The notes beneath the pieces were generated by a model. That model ran no database searches and was not told where the DNA came from. It saw only the letters and a list, made by a program, of their open reading frames with translations. A stretch of 64,000 bases of DNA, taken from an uncultured Thiomicrospira sp. Its GTDB lineage: Bacteria > Pseudomonadota > Gammaproteobacteria > CAKMZV01. The DNA lies in NCBI GenBank assembly GCA_965195345.1, contig OZ239628.1:1600001-1664000 (forward strand). The letters are read 5' to 3'. Below are positions 47,169-56,652 of the stretch, one piece after another (position 1 is the first letter of the stretch; each line of letters opens with the position of its first letter). Made by a program: the position numbers and the translations under genes.

Positions 47169-48614
47169 ATGAATAATTATAAGGACAGTCTTATGTTACA
47201 TTGCTTTCGCGGGCTCATTACAGCATTCGTGCTATCATTTGCCACCTATTCAACTGCTAATACAGGGAGTTCTTTTCTAGGATCAAATATTACTTCAGGC
47301 GGTTCTTCTGACTTGATTAATGGAGCTAATATATTTGAAAACCCAGCAATGGGTGCGTATTCAGAAGAACGTTCAAAGCGTGATTTTTCAATGGCAATTA
47401 ATCTGAGTGGATATTTCGAACTTCGAGGAATTCAGAGTGCGGATCAATCTATAAGTCAATTACAAACCGAATTAGATTCTGCTGACACTGATTCTGATGC
47501 ACTCAATTCAACTGTAGAGATTGTTAATACTTTTCTAGCCAATGATCTTTTTCGAGCAAAAGAAGTATTTAACGGGAATTTTTTATTTAGTTTTTCCCTA
47601 GGAAGCTATGGAAACCTTAGCTTTCACTACGGTAGAACGCTTTTCTCTAGCCAACGTATCTTATCGCAAAATGGTGTTCAATTCAGCCAAACGGCACTAA
47701 GCAATTTAATTCAAGACTCCGTCCAGAATAATACGGAAATCGATAGAGATGACATAGTTGATACTCTAGCCATTGATGCTGGATTATATTTAAAATACGC
47801 TTTTGTCGATGAATTTTCTCTTGATTATTCGTATCCCATCGGGAATTTTTCTAGCCTTGGTGGTGCCGATATTTTCATCGGTACAAGGTTGAAGTTACTA
47901 GCCGTTACCCTAGAAAAAGAAGTTCGAGCTTTTAGGCGCTTGATTGTTGATGAGTCAGCAGCTGAGCAAGAAATTCGAGATGCTTTTAATTCAGTTCGTG
48001 ATTCTGCCTCATCACAAAACGCATTTAGCCCAGATGCTGTCGCTCTCGACTTTGGAATAGTGTTTGACTGGGAATGGAGCAGTCTTGGTTTCAGTGCATT
48101 TAACATCAATACTCCAAGCCTTGACTACCCTGCTATTGGGTTAAATTGCTCTGGTGCTGATGTCGACTGCTTTCTTGCAGAATCGTTCAGCGATCAGATT
48201 GCTTTACAAGAAACCTATGTGATTGATTCACGTTATCGAATTGAAGGGGGAGTACATTCCTTCTCCAGACGTTGGAACTTATTATTCTCTTACGACTTAA
48301 AAGAATTCAATGATCCAGTTGCAGAAACTTACCAATGGTCAAATATTGTTTTTCAATTTGTTCCATCGCCAATCATCGGTGATTACGGGTTGAATTGGAT
48401 TCCCTCGCTACGCTTTAGCTACAATAAAAATCTCGCTGGACTTGAAAACGAATACTATGCTGTAGGAACAACTTGGGGATTCGTTACTTTTGATCTGGCC
48501 TTCACAGATTTTGCAACGGTTTCTAGTGCAATTTCTGGAGAACCTACTACTGAAGATTTTGGAGATGAACTTCATACTTTAGCTGTCAATGTTGGCTTGG
48601 ACTTATCTTTTTAA
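47169..48614 (+). CDS. Outer-membrane beta-barrel, TraF_2/FadL-like
   Basis: Signal peptide; NPA motif after the N-terminal segment; alternating beta-strands, DFG..F....SLGFSAFNINTP; terminal Phe (LDLSF). Confidence 0.65.
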   Translation: MNNYKDSLMLHCFRGLITAFVLSFATYSTANTGSSFLGSNITSGGSSDLINGANIFENPAMGAYSEERSKRDFSMAINLSGYFELRGIQSADQSISQLQTELDSADTDSDALNSTVEIVNTFLANDLFRAKEVFNGNFLFSFSLGSYGNLSFHYGRTLFSSQRILSQNGVQFSQTALSNLIQDSVQNNTEIDRDDIVDTLAIDAGLYLKYAFVDEFSLDYSYPIGNFSSLGGADIFIGTRLKLLAVTLEKEVRAFRRLIVDESAAEQEIRDAFNSVRDSASSQNAFSPDAVALDFGIVFDWEWSSLGFSAFNINTPSLDYPAIGLNCSGADVDCFLAESFSDQIALQETYVIDSRYRIEGGVHSFSRRWNLLFSYDLKEFNDPVAETYQWSNIVFQFVPSPIIGDYGLNWIPSLRFSYNKNLAGLENEYYAVGTTWGFVTFDLAFTDFATVSSAISGEPTTEDFGDELHTLAVNVGLDLSF

Positions 48615-48687
48615 ATTATCCAAACACCATTAGTAAATAAAAAAATCAGCCAAGCGTTTCATCCAGTCTCAACCAAGCTGCAATTCT

Positions 48688-51600
48688 TCAACTAACAAAC
48701 ATTCGCGCATTTTGAAACAAACGTAACCATGGAGCTGAAGCGTTTTGATCATTCCATTCTTTTGGACACCAAGAATAGTTGATTGATCGAAAAACACGTT
48801 CAGGGTGTGGCATACATATCAAAACACGTCCATCTTCTGTTGTTAACCCTGTTATTCCAAGTTCTGATCCGTTAGGATTCGCTGGATATTCTTCAGCTTC
48901 CCTACCTTGATGATCAACATATTGCATTGTGATTATTTGCTTCTGTTTTGCTTTTTCCAAATCAGCTTCACTGTCAAACTGTGCACGCCCTTCGCCGTGA
49001 GCAATCGGTATCATAATCTTAGAGCCGACCATGCCATTCATCATGACACTTGGGTTTGGCGGTATACAAACCATGCTCAAGCGGGCTTCAAACTGTTCTG
49101 ACTGATTTCTCCTAAACGTTGCCCAATGATCAGCACCCGGAATAATCTGCTTTAATTGGGTTAGCATCTGACAACCATTGCACGCACCAAAGGTGAAAGT
49201 AGTCAAACGATTGAAAAAAAGTTCAAATTCAGAAAGAACTTTTTGGTTATATAAAATTGACTTTGCCCAACCTTGACCAGCACCTAGAACATCTCCGTAG
49301 GAAAACCCTCCACACACTGCTAACCCCACACACTCTTGTAATATCTTTGAACCACTCAAAAGATCACTCATATGCGCATCCACACATGCAAACCCCGCTG
49401 CATGAAAGGCCGCTGCCATCTCACTTTGCCCATTGACACCTTGTTCGCGTAATATCGCGACTTTGGGCAACGCATTAGTATTGATATTAAAAACTGTATT
49501 TGGATCAAAGGTTAGAGCGGGGCTTAGCCCTAAATTATCTAACTGACAACAAGCATCGTATTGTTGTTTCGCACAATCTGCATTATCGCGTCGCACGCTC
49601 ATCTCAAAAGAAACACTGCTCCAAGATCGACGTAATACTGTTAATGATTCTTCAAAAACTTTTGTCCCTCTATTCGAAACAACCACATTCCGGTCAGAGC
49701 TTATATTACCTATATTACTAATTAAAAGTTCAAGATCGTATTTTTTACTTAATTCATTTATTACACTTTGCTTATTTTTAGCCACTTGGAAAACCACACC
49801 AAGTTCTTCATTAAATAATGTATCAACTAATTCCTCCGTTTCAAGAGTAATTTCCAATCCAACATTCCCAGCAAATGCCATCTCTACTACTGTTGCTATC
49901 AATCCGCCATCGGAACGATCGTGCAAGGACATTAGTAGACCATCTGAGCGCAATCGATTGATGAACGAATGTAGGTTAATCAAGGTGCTCGGCGTATCTA
50001 AATCTGGCGTTTCATCTCCAAGTTGTCCGGTCACTTCTGCAAGCACTGAACAGCCCAAACGTTTTTTCCCAAGATCTATTAGCCAAAGATTACTTTCCAA
50101 ATCATCTACTAATTGTGGTCCAACATAACTTCGTACGTCTTTGACACAAGCAAATCCACTAATAATCAATGAGACGGGAGAGCTCACTTTTTTCTTGACG
50201 TTTTCTTCAACCCATTGTTGTTCCATCGACATAGAGTCTTTACCTACAGGTATGGCGACGCCTAATTCAGGGCACAATTCAATGCCAATCGCTTTAACCG
50301 CATCGAATAAGGCAACGCTATCAGAACAATGATTGATAGCAGCCATCCAATTTGCAGATAATTTAATGTCTCCAAGCTTTGCTATAGGAGCACCAAGCAG
50401 ATTGGTGATACATTCTCCAACCGCGATTCGAGCTGAGGCTGCAGAATCAATAGCAGCTAATGGCGTGCGTTCCCCGATAGCCATTGCCTCTCCAGCAAAA
50501 CCTTTATAATCTCGAAGCGTTAAAGCATAATCACTCACCGGAACCTGCCAAGGGCCAACCATTTGATCTTGCACGACCAAACCTCCCACACTCCGATCAC
50601 CGATAGTAATCAAAAACGTTTTATCCGCCACCACAGGATGCGCCAAAACAGCATGAACTAACGTATGCAGATCAACTGAACTGAAATCAAGCTTTTGTTT
50701 TTTATTATTAGAGCGTTTTTCTATGCGTTTATATTGTGGAGGATTACCCAATAAATCAGATAGAGGCATGTCAACGACTGCATCTTCAAACAAAGCATCA
50801 TTAACAACCAACTGGTTACTATCATCTGCCTTGCCCACAACGGAATAAGGGCAGCGCTCTCGCTGGCATATCTCTTGAAAGACGCCCAAACTCTTAGCAT
50901 CAATCGCCAATACATAACGCTCTTGAGATTCATTGCACCATATCTCAGCTGCTGACATTTCACTGTCATCAACCAACACGTCGCGCAGTTGAATGGTACC
51001 TCCTCGCCCCGCATCATGAATCAGCTCAGGAAATGCATTTGACAGCCCACCTGCCCCCACATCATGAATAGAAAGGATGGGGTTTTTATCTTCCATCCAG
51101 CTGCATCGGTTAATAACTTCTTGACACCGCCTTTGCATTTCTGGATTATCACGTTGCACTGAAGCAAAGTCCAATGATTCATCTTTTTTTCCACTACTGT
51201 AACTTGAGTTTGCTCCTCCGCCCATTCCTATTAGTTGAGCAGCGCCACCCAAAACGATCAAACAAGACTCAGCAGGAAACGCAATTTTTTCAACTTGCTC
51301 ACCGCTAATATTACCCAAACCTCCAGCAAGCATAATTGGCTTGTGATACCCTAAGTAACTGATCTCATCCTCTGCATTCTTGACCTTTGCTTGCCAAGCA
51401 CGAAAATAGCCACATATGCATGGACGTCCAAATTCATTGTTGTATCGAGCGGCACCTACGGGTGCTTGCATCATAATTTCAAAAGCAGAGGCTGTATGCG
51501 TTGGTTTACCAAAGTTATATTCCCAAGATTTTTCAGCATTTGGAATATTCAAACTGGATACGCTAAAACCAACCAACCCAGCTTTCGGTGTTGAGCCTCT

Positions 51601-52590
51601 TCCTGTAGCAGCTTCATCGCGTATCTCTCCACCTGCTCCAGTGGCGGCTCCTGGCCAAGGTGAAATAGCCGTTGGATGATTGTGCGTCTCAACTTTTATT
51701 TGATTGTGGATAAGCGCATCTTTGTATTGATATAAGCCGTCACTCACACGCCATTGACTACTCAGCCCACCTTCAATAACCGCAGCGTTATCATCATAAG
51801 CAACGATCACACCATCGCTATTGCAAATATGAGTATTACGTATCATTGAAAACAGCGAATGCTTGCTTTGATCACCATCTATTTCCCACTTTGAATTAAA
51901 TACTTTATGTCGACAATGTTCAGAGTTAACCTGTGCAAACATCATTATTTCTGCATCGGTGGGGTTCCGCTTTAACCGTGCGAATATTTCCAGTAAGTAA
52001 TCTATTTCCGCATCATTTAATGCAAGTCCCATAGATGTATTCAACGCCTGTAAATTTGCTTTTCCATTCTGCAAAACTTCAATGCGCTTTGCATGAGAAG
52101 AACTTCCCATATTGAACCAAGAATTTGCAGATGACTCATCAAACCAAATCGACTGAACCATGCGATCGTATAGCAATGTGAATCCCTCTGAACGAGGAGG
52201 CAGTTTATGGTCTAAAAAAGAATACTGGGTACCATACTCAACACGCTCAATATTTTCAAAACCCGTAATTTTAGCGAGCTGTGTTGCTTTAGAGGACCAT
52301 GGTGAGATTGTTCCTCTTCGTGGGACTACGAGTGCATCGCCTTTTGGAATAATAAGCTTCGTTTGTTTTTTTGCATTAAGCAAAGCCTCCAAACGCTTGA
52401 GCTGCTCGCATTCAAAAGGTTCTGAGGCAATTACAAAATAACAAGGAGTCGCATTGATGTTCAACGAGCCATGCCCAAAGCGAACTAACTCTTTTTCTAT
52501 TCTTTTTAACTGATTGGTATGAGAGTATGGGGATCCTTTAAAAAAAAACACCACTCCTTGAACAGTTTTTTCTTCAATTCCGATGTTCAA
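48688..52590 (-). CDS. purL: Phosphoribosylformylglycinamidine synthase (large type)
   Basis: FAQVNSEHCRHK, KVETHNHPTAI, HDVGAGG, GGFSYGD, CNGCQ, MPHPER. Exact start uncertain. Confidence 0.97.
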   Translation of the reverse strand: MNIGIEEKTVQGVVFFFKGSPYSHTNQLKRIEKELVRFGHGSLNINATPCYFVIASEPFECEQLKRLEALLNAKKQTKLIIPKGDALVVPRRGTISPWSSKATQLAKITGFENIERVEYGTQYSFLDHKLPPRSEGFTLLYDRMVQSIWFDESSANSWFNMGSSSHAKRIEVLQNGKANLQALNTSMGLALNDAEIDYLLEIFARLKRNPTDAEIMMFAQVNSEHCRHKVFNSKWEIDGDQSKHSLFSMIRNTHICNSDGVIVAYDDNAAVIEGGLSSQWRVSDGLYQYKDALIHNQIKVETHNHPTAISPWPGAATGAGGEIRDEAATGRGSTPKAGLVGFSVSSLNIPNAEKSWEYNFGKPTHTASAFEIMMQAPVGAARYNNEFGRPCICGYFRAWQAKVKNAEDEISYLGYHKPIMLAGGLGNISGEQVEKIAFPAESCLIVLGGAAQLIGMGGGANSSYSSGKKDESLDFASVQRDNPEMQRRCQEVINRCSWMEDKNPILSIHDVGAGGLSNAFPELIHDAGRGGTIQLRDVLVDDSEMSAAEIWCNESQERYVLAIDAKSLGVFQEICQRERCPYSVVGKADDSNQLVVNDALFEDAVVDMPLSDLLGNPPQYKRIEKRSNNKKQKLDFSSVDLHTLVHAVLAHPVVADKTFLITIGDRSVGGLVVQDQMVGPWQVPVSDYALTLRDYKGFAGEAMAIGERTPLAAIDSAASARIAVGECITNLLGAPIAKLGDIKLSANWMAAINHCSDSVALFDAVKAIGIELCPELGVAIPVGKDSMSMEQQWVEENVKKKVSSPVSLIISGFACVKDVRSYVGPQLVDDLESNLWLIDLGKKRLGCSVLAEVTGQLGDETPDLDTPSTLINLHSFINRLRSDGLLMSLHDRSDGGLIATVVEMAFAGNVGLEITLETEELVDTLFNEELGVVFQVAKNKQSVINELSKKYDLELLISNIGNISSDRNVVVSNRGTKVFEESLTVLRRSWSSVSFEMSVRRDNADCAKQQYDACCQLDNLGLSPALTFDPNTVFNINTNALPKVAILREQGVNGQSEMAAAFHAAGFACVDAHMSDLLSGSKILQECVGLAVCGGFSYGDVLGAGQGWAKSILYNQKVLSEFELFFNRLTTFTFGACNGCQMLTQLKQIIPGADHWATFRRNQSEQFEARLSMVCIPPNPSVMMNGMVGSKIMIPIAHGEGRAQFDSEADLEKAKQKQIITMQYVDHQGREAEEYPANPNGSELGITGLTTEDGRVLICMPHPERVFRSINYSWCPKEWNDQNASAPWLRLFQNARMFVS

Positions 52591-52769
52591 TTTTGAGGGA
52601 TTTGTAGTTCGGGCGGGATAGCTAATTTTTCTAGTTGTTGCGCATGAATATCACACTCACTTTCCATTCCGAGCGTTGAACAGCCTGCTAAAAAAAGCAC
52701 AAGAAATAGACCATTCAATCGAATAATTTTTTTGCCTGTTTTTATTGTTTCCGCTGTCATTATTCTCAT
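52587..52769 (-). CDS. Small lipoprotein resembling the N-terminal segment of BamC
   Basis: Lipobox LAGC; mature 31 aa containing AQQLEKLAIPPEL; immediately downstream of dapA; GGAG SD before ATG 52769. Confidence 0.65.
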   Translation of the reverse strand: MRIMTAETIKTGKKIIRLNGLFLVLFLAGCSTLGMESECDIHAQQLEKLAIPPELQIPQN

Positions 52770-52783
52770 GGTTATTCTCTCCA

Positions 52784-53662
52784 CTATAGCACTCCTGCTT
52801 GAGTCATTGCTTGCGCCACCTGATTATGGTATTGGGGTTCTAAATCAATTAACGGCAAACGCAGTGTGCCTCCACAAATCCCTAACTTCGATAATGCCCA
52901 TTTGACTGGTATAGGGTTTGACTGACAAAATAATTCTGTATGCAAACCCTGTAATTGGTCGTTAACTGCCTCAGCCTGTTTCCATTGTTTTTTAAGCGCA
53001 AAATCATAAAGCTCATAATTCAATCGTGGGGCTACATTACCAGTAACGGATATGCCTCCAGCTCCACCTAACTTCATAAACTCATACGCAGTACCATCAT
53101 CGCCCGTCCAATACAAAAAATCAGAATCAGTAACCAATTGTTGAATTTCCTGCAATCGCTTCATCGAACCTGTTGCTTCTTTGATTCCGATGATATTTGA
53201 AATTTTTGATAGTCGAGCAACAGTATCTGGAAGAATGTCTGTGACTGTGCGACCAGGAACATTATATAAAATCTGAGGAATATCAACGGCATCAGCGATT
53301 GTTTTAAAGTGTTGATAGAGCCCCTCTTGAGGAGGTTTATTATAATAAGGCGCAACCAAAAGACATGCATCTGCTCCATCATTTTTAGCATTTTTAGTTA
53401 ATTCAAGCGCTTCAACTGTAGAATTACCGCCCGTTCCTGCAATAATGGGTATACGCCCATTAACCACTTCTATAGACCGACGAATGACGGCGCGATGCTC
53501 ACCAAAATCGAGCGTTGCCGACTCCCCTGTTGTTCCTACAATAACCAACCCATTTGTACCCTGACTAATATGCCACTCCAGCAGTAAATCCAATGCGGAA
53601 TAATCAACACTAGTATCAGACAACATAGGGGTTACTAAAGCAACTATCGATCCTTTAAACAT
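52784..53662 (-). CDS. dapA: 4-hydroxy-tetrahydrodipicolinate synthase
   Basis: GTTGESATL, PYYNKP, LYNVPGRT, IGIKEATG, NPIPVK. Confidence 0.97.
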   Translation of the reverse strand: MFKGSIVALVTPMLSDTSVDYSALDLLLEWHISQGTNGLVIVGTTGESATLDFGEHRAVIRRSIEVVNGRIPIIAGTGGNSTVEALELTKNAKNDGADACLLVAPYYNKPPQEGLYQHFKTIADAVDIPQILYNVPGRTVTDILPDTVARLSKISNIIGIKEATGSMKRLQEIQQLVTDSDFLYWTGDDGTAYEFMKLGGAGGISVTGNVAPRLNYELYDFALKKQWKQAEAVNDQLQGLHTELFCQSNPIPVKWALSKLGICGGTLRLPLIDLEPQYHNQVAQAMTQAGVL

Positions 53663-53696
53663 GGGTTCTTTACGTATGAAAATGAATAATCTTCTA

Positions 53697-53705
53697 ATTT
53701 TAACA
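53697..53705 (-). promoter_or_regulatory. Putative extended -10 promoter for dapA-purL
   Basis: Minus strand TG-T-TAAAAT about 35 nt upstream of the dapA ATG. Confidence 0.45.
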
Positions 53706-53743
53706 CGAGAATAAAAATGCGATATTCTAAGTTGGTAGTGGCG

Positions 53744-55114
53744 TCAGCTTTTTTTCAAATACTGTAAGGCTTGCTGAATATGCTTTACAGCTATTAATTC
53801 GACACCCTCAACAGCATTTCTAGGCACGTTTGAACTTGCTAATATGATTGTTTTAAATCCTTGCTTGCTTGCTTCGCGGATACGTTGATCACCATTGGGT
53901 ACAGGTCGTATTTCACCTGATAAACCTATTTCACCAAATGCAGCTATTTCAGGGCCGATTGGGCTATCAATTATTGACGAAGAAACGGCTAAGAGCAGAG
54001 GCAAGTCAATACTAGGTTCTTGCAACTTTATGCCGCCCGGCACATTCACGTAGACATCTTGACCATTGCAAGAAATTTTTCCGTGTTTATTCAAAATCGT
54101 TAATAACATATTCATACGCTGGCTGTCAGGTCCCACAGCAACACGTCTTGGCATGCCTGTTTGATTTTCATCTACAAGCGCTTGTATTTCAAGTAACAAC
54201 GAACGAGAGCCTTCAACAGCAATTGTTACAATGCTGCCAGAACCGTTCTTTACTCTGTCAGTTAGAAATATCGAAGAAGGATTTTTCACTTGCTTCAAAC
54301 CACTTTCGGTCATAGCAAAAACCCCTAATTCATTGATGCATCCAAAGCGATTTTTGAATGCGCGAATCACTCTAAACCGACCGTACTGCTCGCCTTCAAA
54401 ATATAGAACAGTATCGACCATATGCTCCAACACTCGTGGTCCAGCTATCGTACCTTCTTTGGTTACATGCCCCACAATAAATATACTCATACCCGTGTTT
54501 TTAGCCATGCGTACTAATCGAGCACAACATTCACGCACCTGTGACACTGATCCTTGAGCCGAATCGATATTGGAGGAATATATTGTTTGAATTGAATCAA
54601 TGATAAGTAGTTTGCATTGGCGTTGCATCACGACCAACTCAATGTCTTCCAGCACATTTGAGCTGTATAGCCAAAGTGAATCCAATTTCAAATTCAAACG
54701 CGCCGCTCGCACGCTAATTTGAGACATTGATTCTTCTCCACTAGCGTACATGACCGTTAATGTGCTACCCATATTTGCCGCTACTTGAGTTAGCAGGGTT
54801 GATTTGCCGATACCAGGATCCCCCCCAACCAGAACGACCGAACCTTGAACTAATCCACCACCAAGAACACGATCAAGTTCTTTAGACCCAGTAGTTTGTC
54901 GTTGCCATTGATCTGCTGTAATCTCACTGGCTAGCAATGGCTCTTGAGTCGCTACTTCAACAGCGCTTGCTATAGGTTCTTTAAATTTCTTTGACCCCGT
55001 TACTCGCGTGCTCTCTGTTAAGGTATTCCATTCTCCACAATCAGGACATTGCCCACTCCAACGAGACTGTTCGTTCCCGCAATCCTTACAAAAAAATAAA
55101 TTTTTACTCACCAC
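53744..55114 (-). CDS. radA: DNA repair protein RadA/Sms
   Basis: C4 zinc finger CKDC...CPDC, GDPGIGKST, KNRFG, Lon-like C-terminus. Confidence 0.97.
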   Translation of the reverse strand: MVSKNLFFCKDCGNEQSRWSGQCPDCGEWNTLTESTRVTGSKKFKEPIASAVEVATQEPLLASEITADQWQRQTTGSKELDRVLGGGLVQGSVVLVGGDPGIGKSTLLTQVAANMGSTLTVMYASGEESMSQISVRAARLNLKLDSLWLYSSNVLEDIELVVMQRQCKLLIIDSIQTIYSSNIDSAQGSVSQVRECCARLVRMAKNTGMSIFIVGHVTKEGTIAGPRVLEHMVDTVLYFEGEQYGRFRVIRAFKNRFGCINELGVFAMTESGLKQVKNPSSIFLTDRVKNGSGSIVTIAVEGSRSLLLEIQALVDENQTGMPRRVAVGPDSQRMNMLLTILNKHGKISCNGQDVYVNVPGGIKLQEPSIDLPLLLAVSSSIIDSPIGPEIAAFGEIGLSGEIRPVPNGDQRIREASKQGFKTIILASSNVPRNAVEGVELIAVKHIQQALQYLKKS

Positions 55115-55367
55115 AAGTTTTTTTGAAAATCGATTCCAACGTTACCTCAGATGCATAAACTATCCCACTTTCACTTGGTCCTTCAAACGTGATCGTGTTA
55201 GGATTAACTGGATCGTCAACCTGAATCTGTGCATCTCCACCCTCTGCACACTGAATACGAAAATAATAAATTCCGTTCTCATTGCAAGGAAAACAGCTGA
55301 AGCTCTCTTGATATGCCCAACTACTTGTAACCATCATTACTAATAAGAACAATAATTTTTTAATCAT
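55104..55367 (-). CDS. Small secreted protein, 87 aa, four Cys
   Basis: Sec signal MIKKLLFLLVMMVTSSWA; SD GAGGG; overlaps the radA start. Confidence 0.7.
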   Translation of the reverse strand: MIKKLLFLLVMMVTSSWAYQESFSCFPCNENGIYYFRIQCAEGGDAQIQVDDPVNPNTITFEGPSESGIVYASEVTLESIFKKTCGE

Positions 55368-55381
55368 TACTTCCCTCTCTC

Positions 55382-55450
55382 TTAATCAGATATTTCACAA
55401 ATGCCTTGCAAACAACCATTGTTGCATTTTAGCCTGCATTCATCGACCAT
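55382..55450 (-). CDS. Candidate 22-aa Cys-rich peptide MVDECRLKCNNGCLQGICEISD
   Basis: Read manually (shorter than any ORF in the track). ATG preceded by GGAAAGGA; fills the gap between trmA and the 87-aa gene. Confidence 0.35.
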   Translation of the reverse strand: MVDECRLKCNNGCLQGICEISD

Positions 55451-55504
55451 GTGTCCTTTCCAAACGTGAAAAGTCGTTACATGCGTTTGCTTTAAATAAA
55501 ATAA

Positions 55505-56629
55505 TCACCTTTTCTTCAAGACAACGCCCATCTCAACGTGATTTGTGTAAGGAAATTGATCAAAAATCGCCAACGAAACTATATTGAAACAATCACCCCA
55601 AGCCTCTAAGTCTTTAATCGCCTCATTGGGATTGCAGGAAAAATAAATTACATTATTAAATTCTTTTGCAAATTCGCGACAAAAAGAATTCAAACCGTTG
55701 CGTGGTGGATCAAGCAGCAGCCATTGAAAATCATATTCAGCTATTTCAATGCCCTTTAATCGATTAAAAAGTCGCTCACCTTTTAAGGCTTGAGCGGTTT
55801 CTAAATCCGACAAACGAACAACTGAGACTGTATTAATATTATTAACACTAAGATTATGTTTACACAGTGCAACAGCACTACGGGTTAATTCCGTTGCTAA
55901 TATTTTGCGAAAGCGAAAGGCTAAAGAGCATGTGAAATTACCAATGCCACAATACAATTCTAATAAATCTCCAGGATTTTCCGGAATGAACGTTTGAACC
56001 CAATTCAACATGTCAACATTAATATAAGGATTGGGTTGTGAAAAACTAATATCGTCTTGGCGCAAAATAATTTTTCTTTGTTTATTCTTATGATTTACGA
56101 TGTATTGATCGTCTATATAACTATTCCCTATAACACGCTGTATTTTGCGTGAACGACCAATAATATGGGCGTCCAGCGCTTCTGCAAGAGATCTAGCTTG
56201 CTCATCCCAAGTTTCATTGATTTGACGATGATACAGTAGGCTGATTAAACATTCTCCCTGTAAGGTAGCCCTCCAATCAACTTGAAATAAGCGATTAGCA
56301 AGCGTTGGATTGTTTTTCACAATTTCCAAAAACAAAGGCATTCGCTGGTATATAGGCAAAATAACAGTAGGACAATGATTTATTTCAATCGGTTGTTTCT
56401 GTTCATCATAGACTAACCAAGCAAGCGGATTAGTACCTATTGAGAACTCAATTCGACCTCGAAAGTACTGTTTAGGAGAAGAAAATTTTTGTATATCAAC
56501 ATGCTTGTTTAACGGCTCTTTCAGTTGAGTACTTAATTGTCGTTTAATATTTCGACATTTATTCGAAAACAGTTGCTCATAACTTTCAGGATAAGTTTGA
56601 CATGGAATGCTATTGATTTTTTTCATCAT
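55505..56629 (-). CDS. trmA: tRNA (uracil-54-C5)-methyltransferase TrmA
   Basis: SFSQPN, DLLELYCG.GNFT, LDPPR.GL, YFSCNP, FDQFPYT.HVE.G. Start placed at ATG 56629 (or 56626); the ORF-track extension runs antisense into nnr. Confidence 0.92.
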   Translation of the reverse strand: MMKKINSIPCQTYPESYEQLFSNKCRNIKRQLSTQLKEPLNKHVDIQKFSSPKQYFRGRIEFSIGTNPLAWLVYDEQKQPIEINHCPTVILPIYQRMPLFLEIVKNNPTLANRLFQVDWRATLQGECLISLLYHRQINETWDEQARSLAEALDAHIIGRSRKIQRVIGNSYIDDQYIVNHKNKQRKIILRQDDISFSQPNPYINVDMLNWVQTFIPENPGDLLELYCGIGNFTCSLAFRFRKILATELTRSAVALCKHNLSVNNINTVSVVRLSDLETAQALKGERLFNRLKGIEIAEYDFQWLLLDPPRNGLNSFCREFAKEFNNVIYFSCNPNEAIKDLEAWGDCFNIVSLAIFDQFPYTNHVEMGVVLKKR

Positions 56630-56652
56630 GCATCTTATTTTATAATGCCAGC
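56630..56652. promoter_or_regulatory. Overlapping back-to-back -10 elements (bidirectional promoter)
   Basis: TATAAT (+, 56641-56646) lies 6 nt before the nnr ATG; TAAAAT (-, 56637-56642) lies 7 nt before the trmA ATG. Confidence 0.6.

Noticed and set aside
47169-48614. Conjugative element suggested by TraF-like similarity
   Set aside because: No T4SS, relaxase, coupling protein, integrase or att-like repeats; flanks are housekeeping genes.
52540-52548. A9 run (T9 on the coding strand) near the purL 5' end as a phase-variation tract
   Set aside because: In frame (Phe-Phe-Phe), in a housekeeping gene, and such runs are common in this AT-rich sequence.
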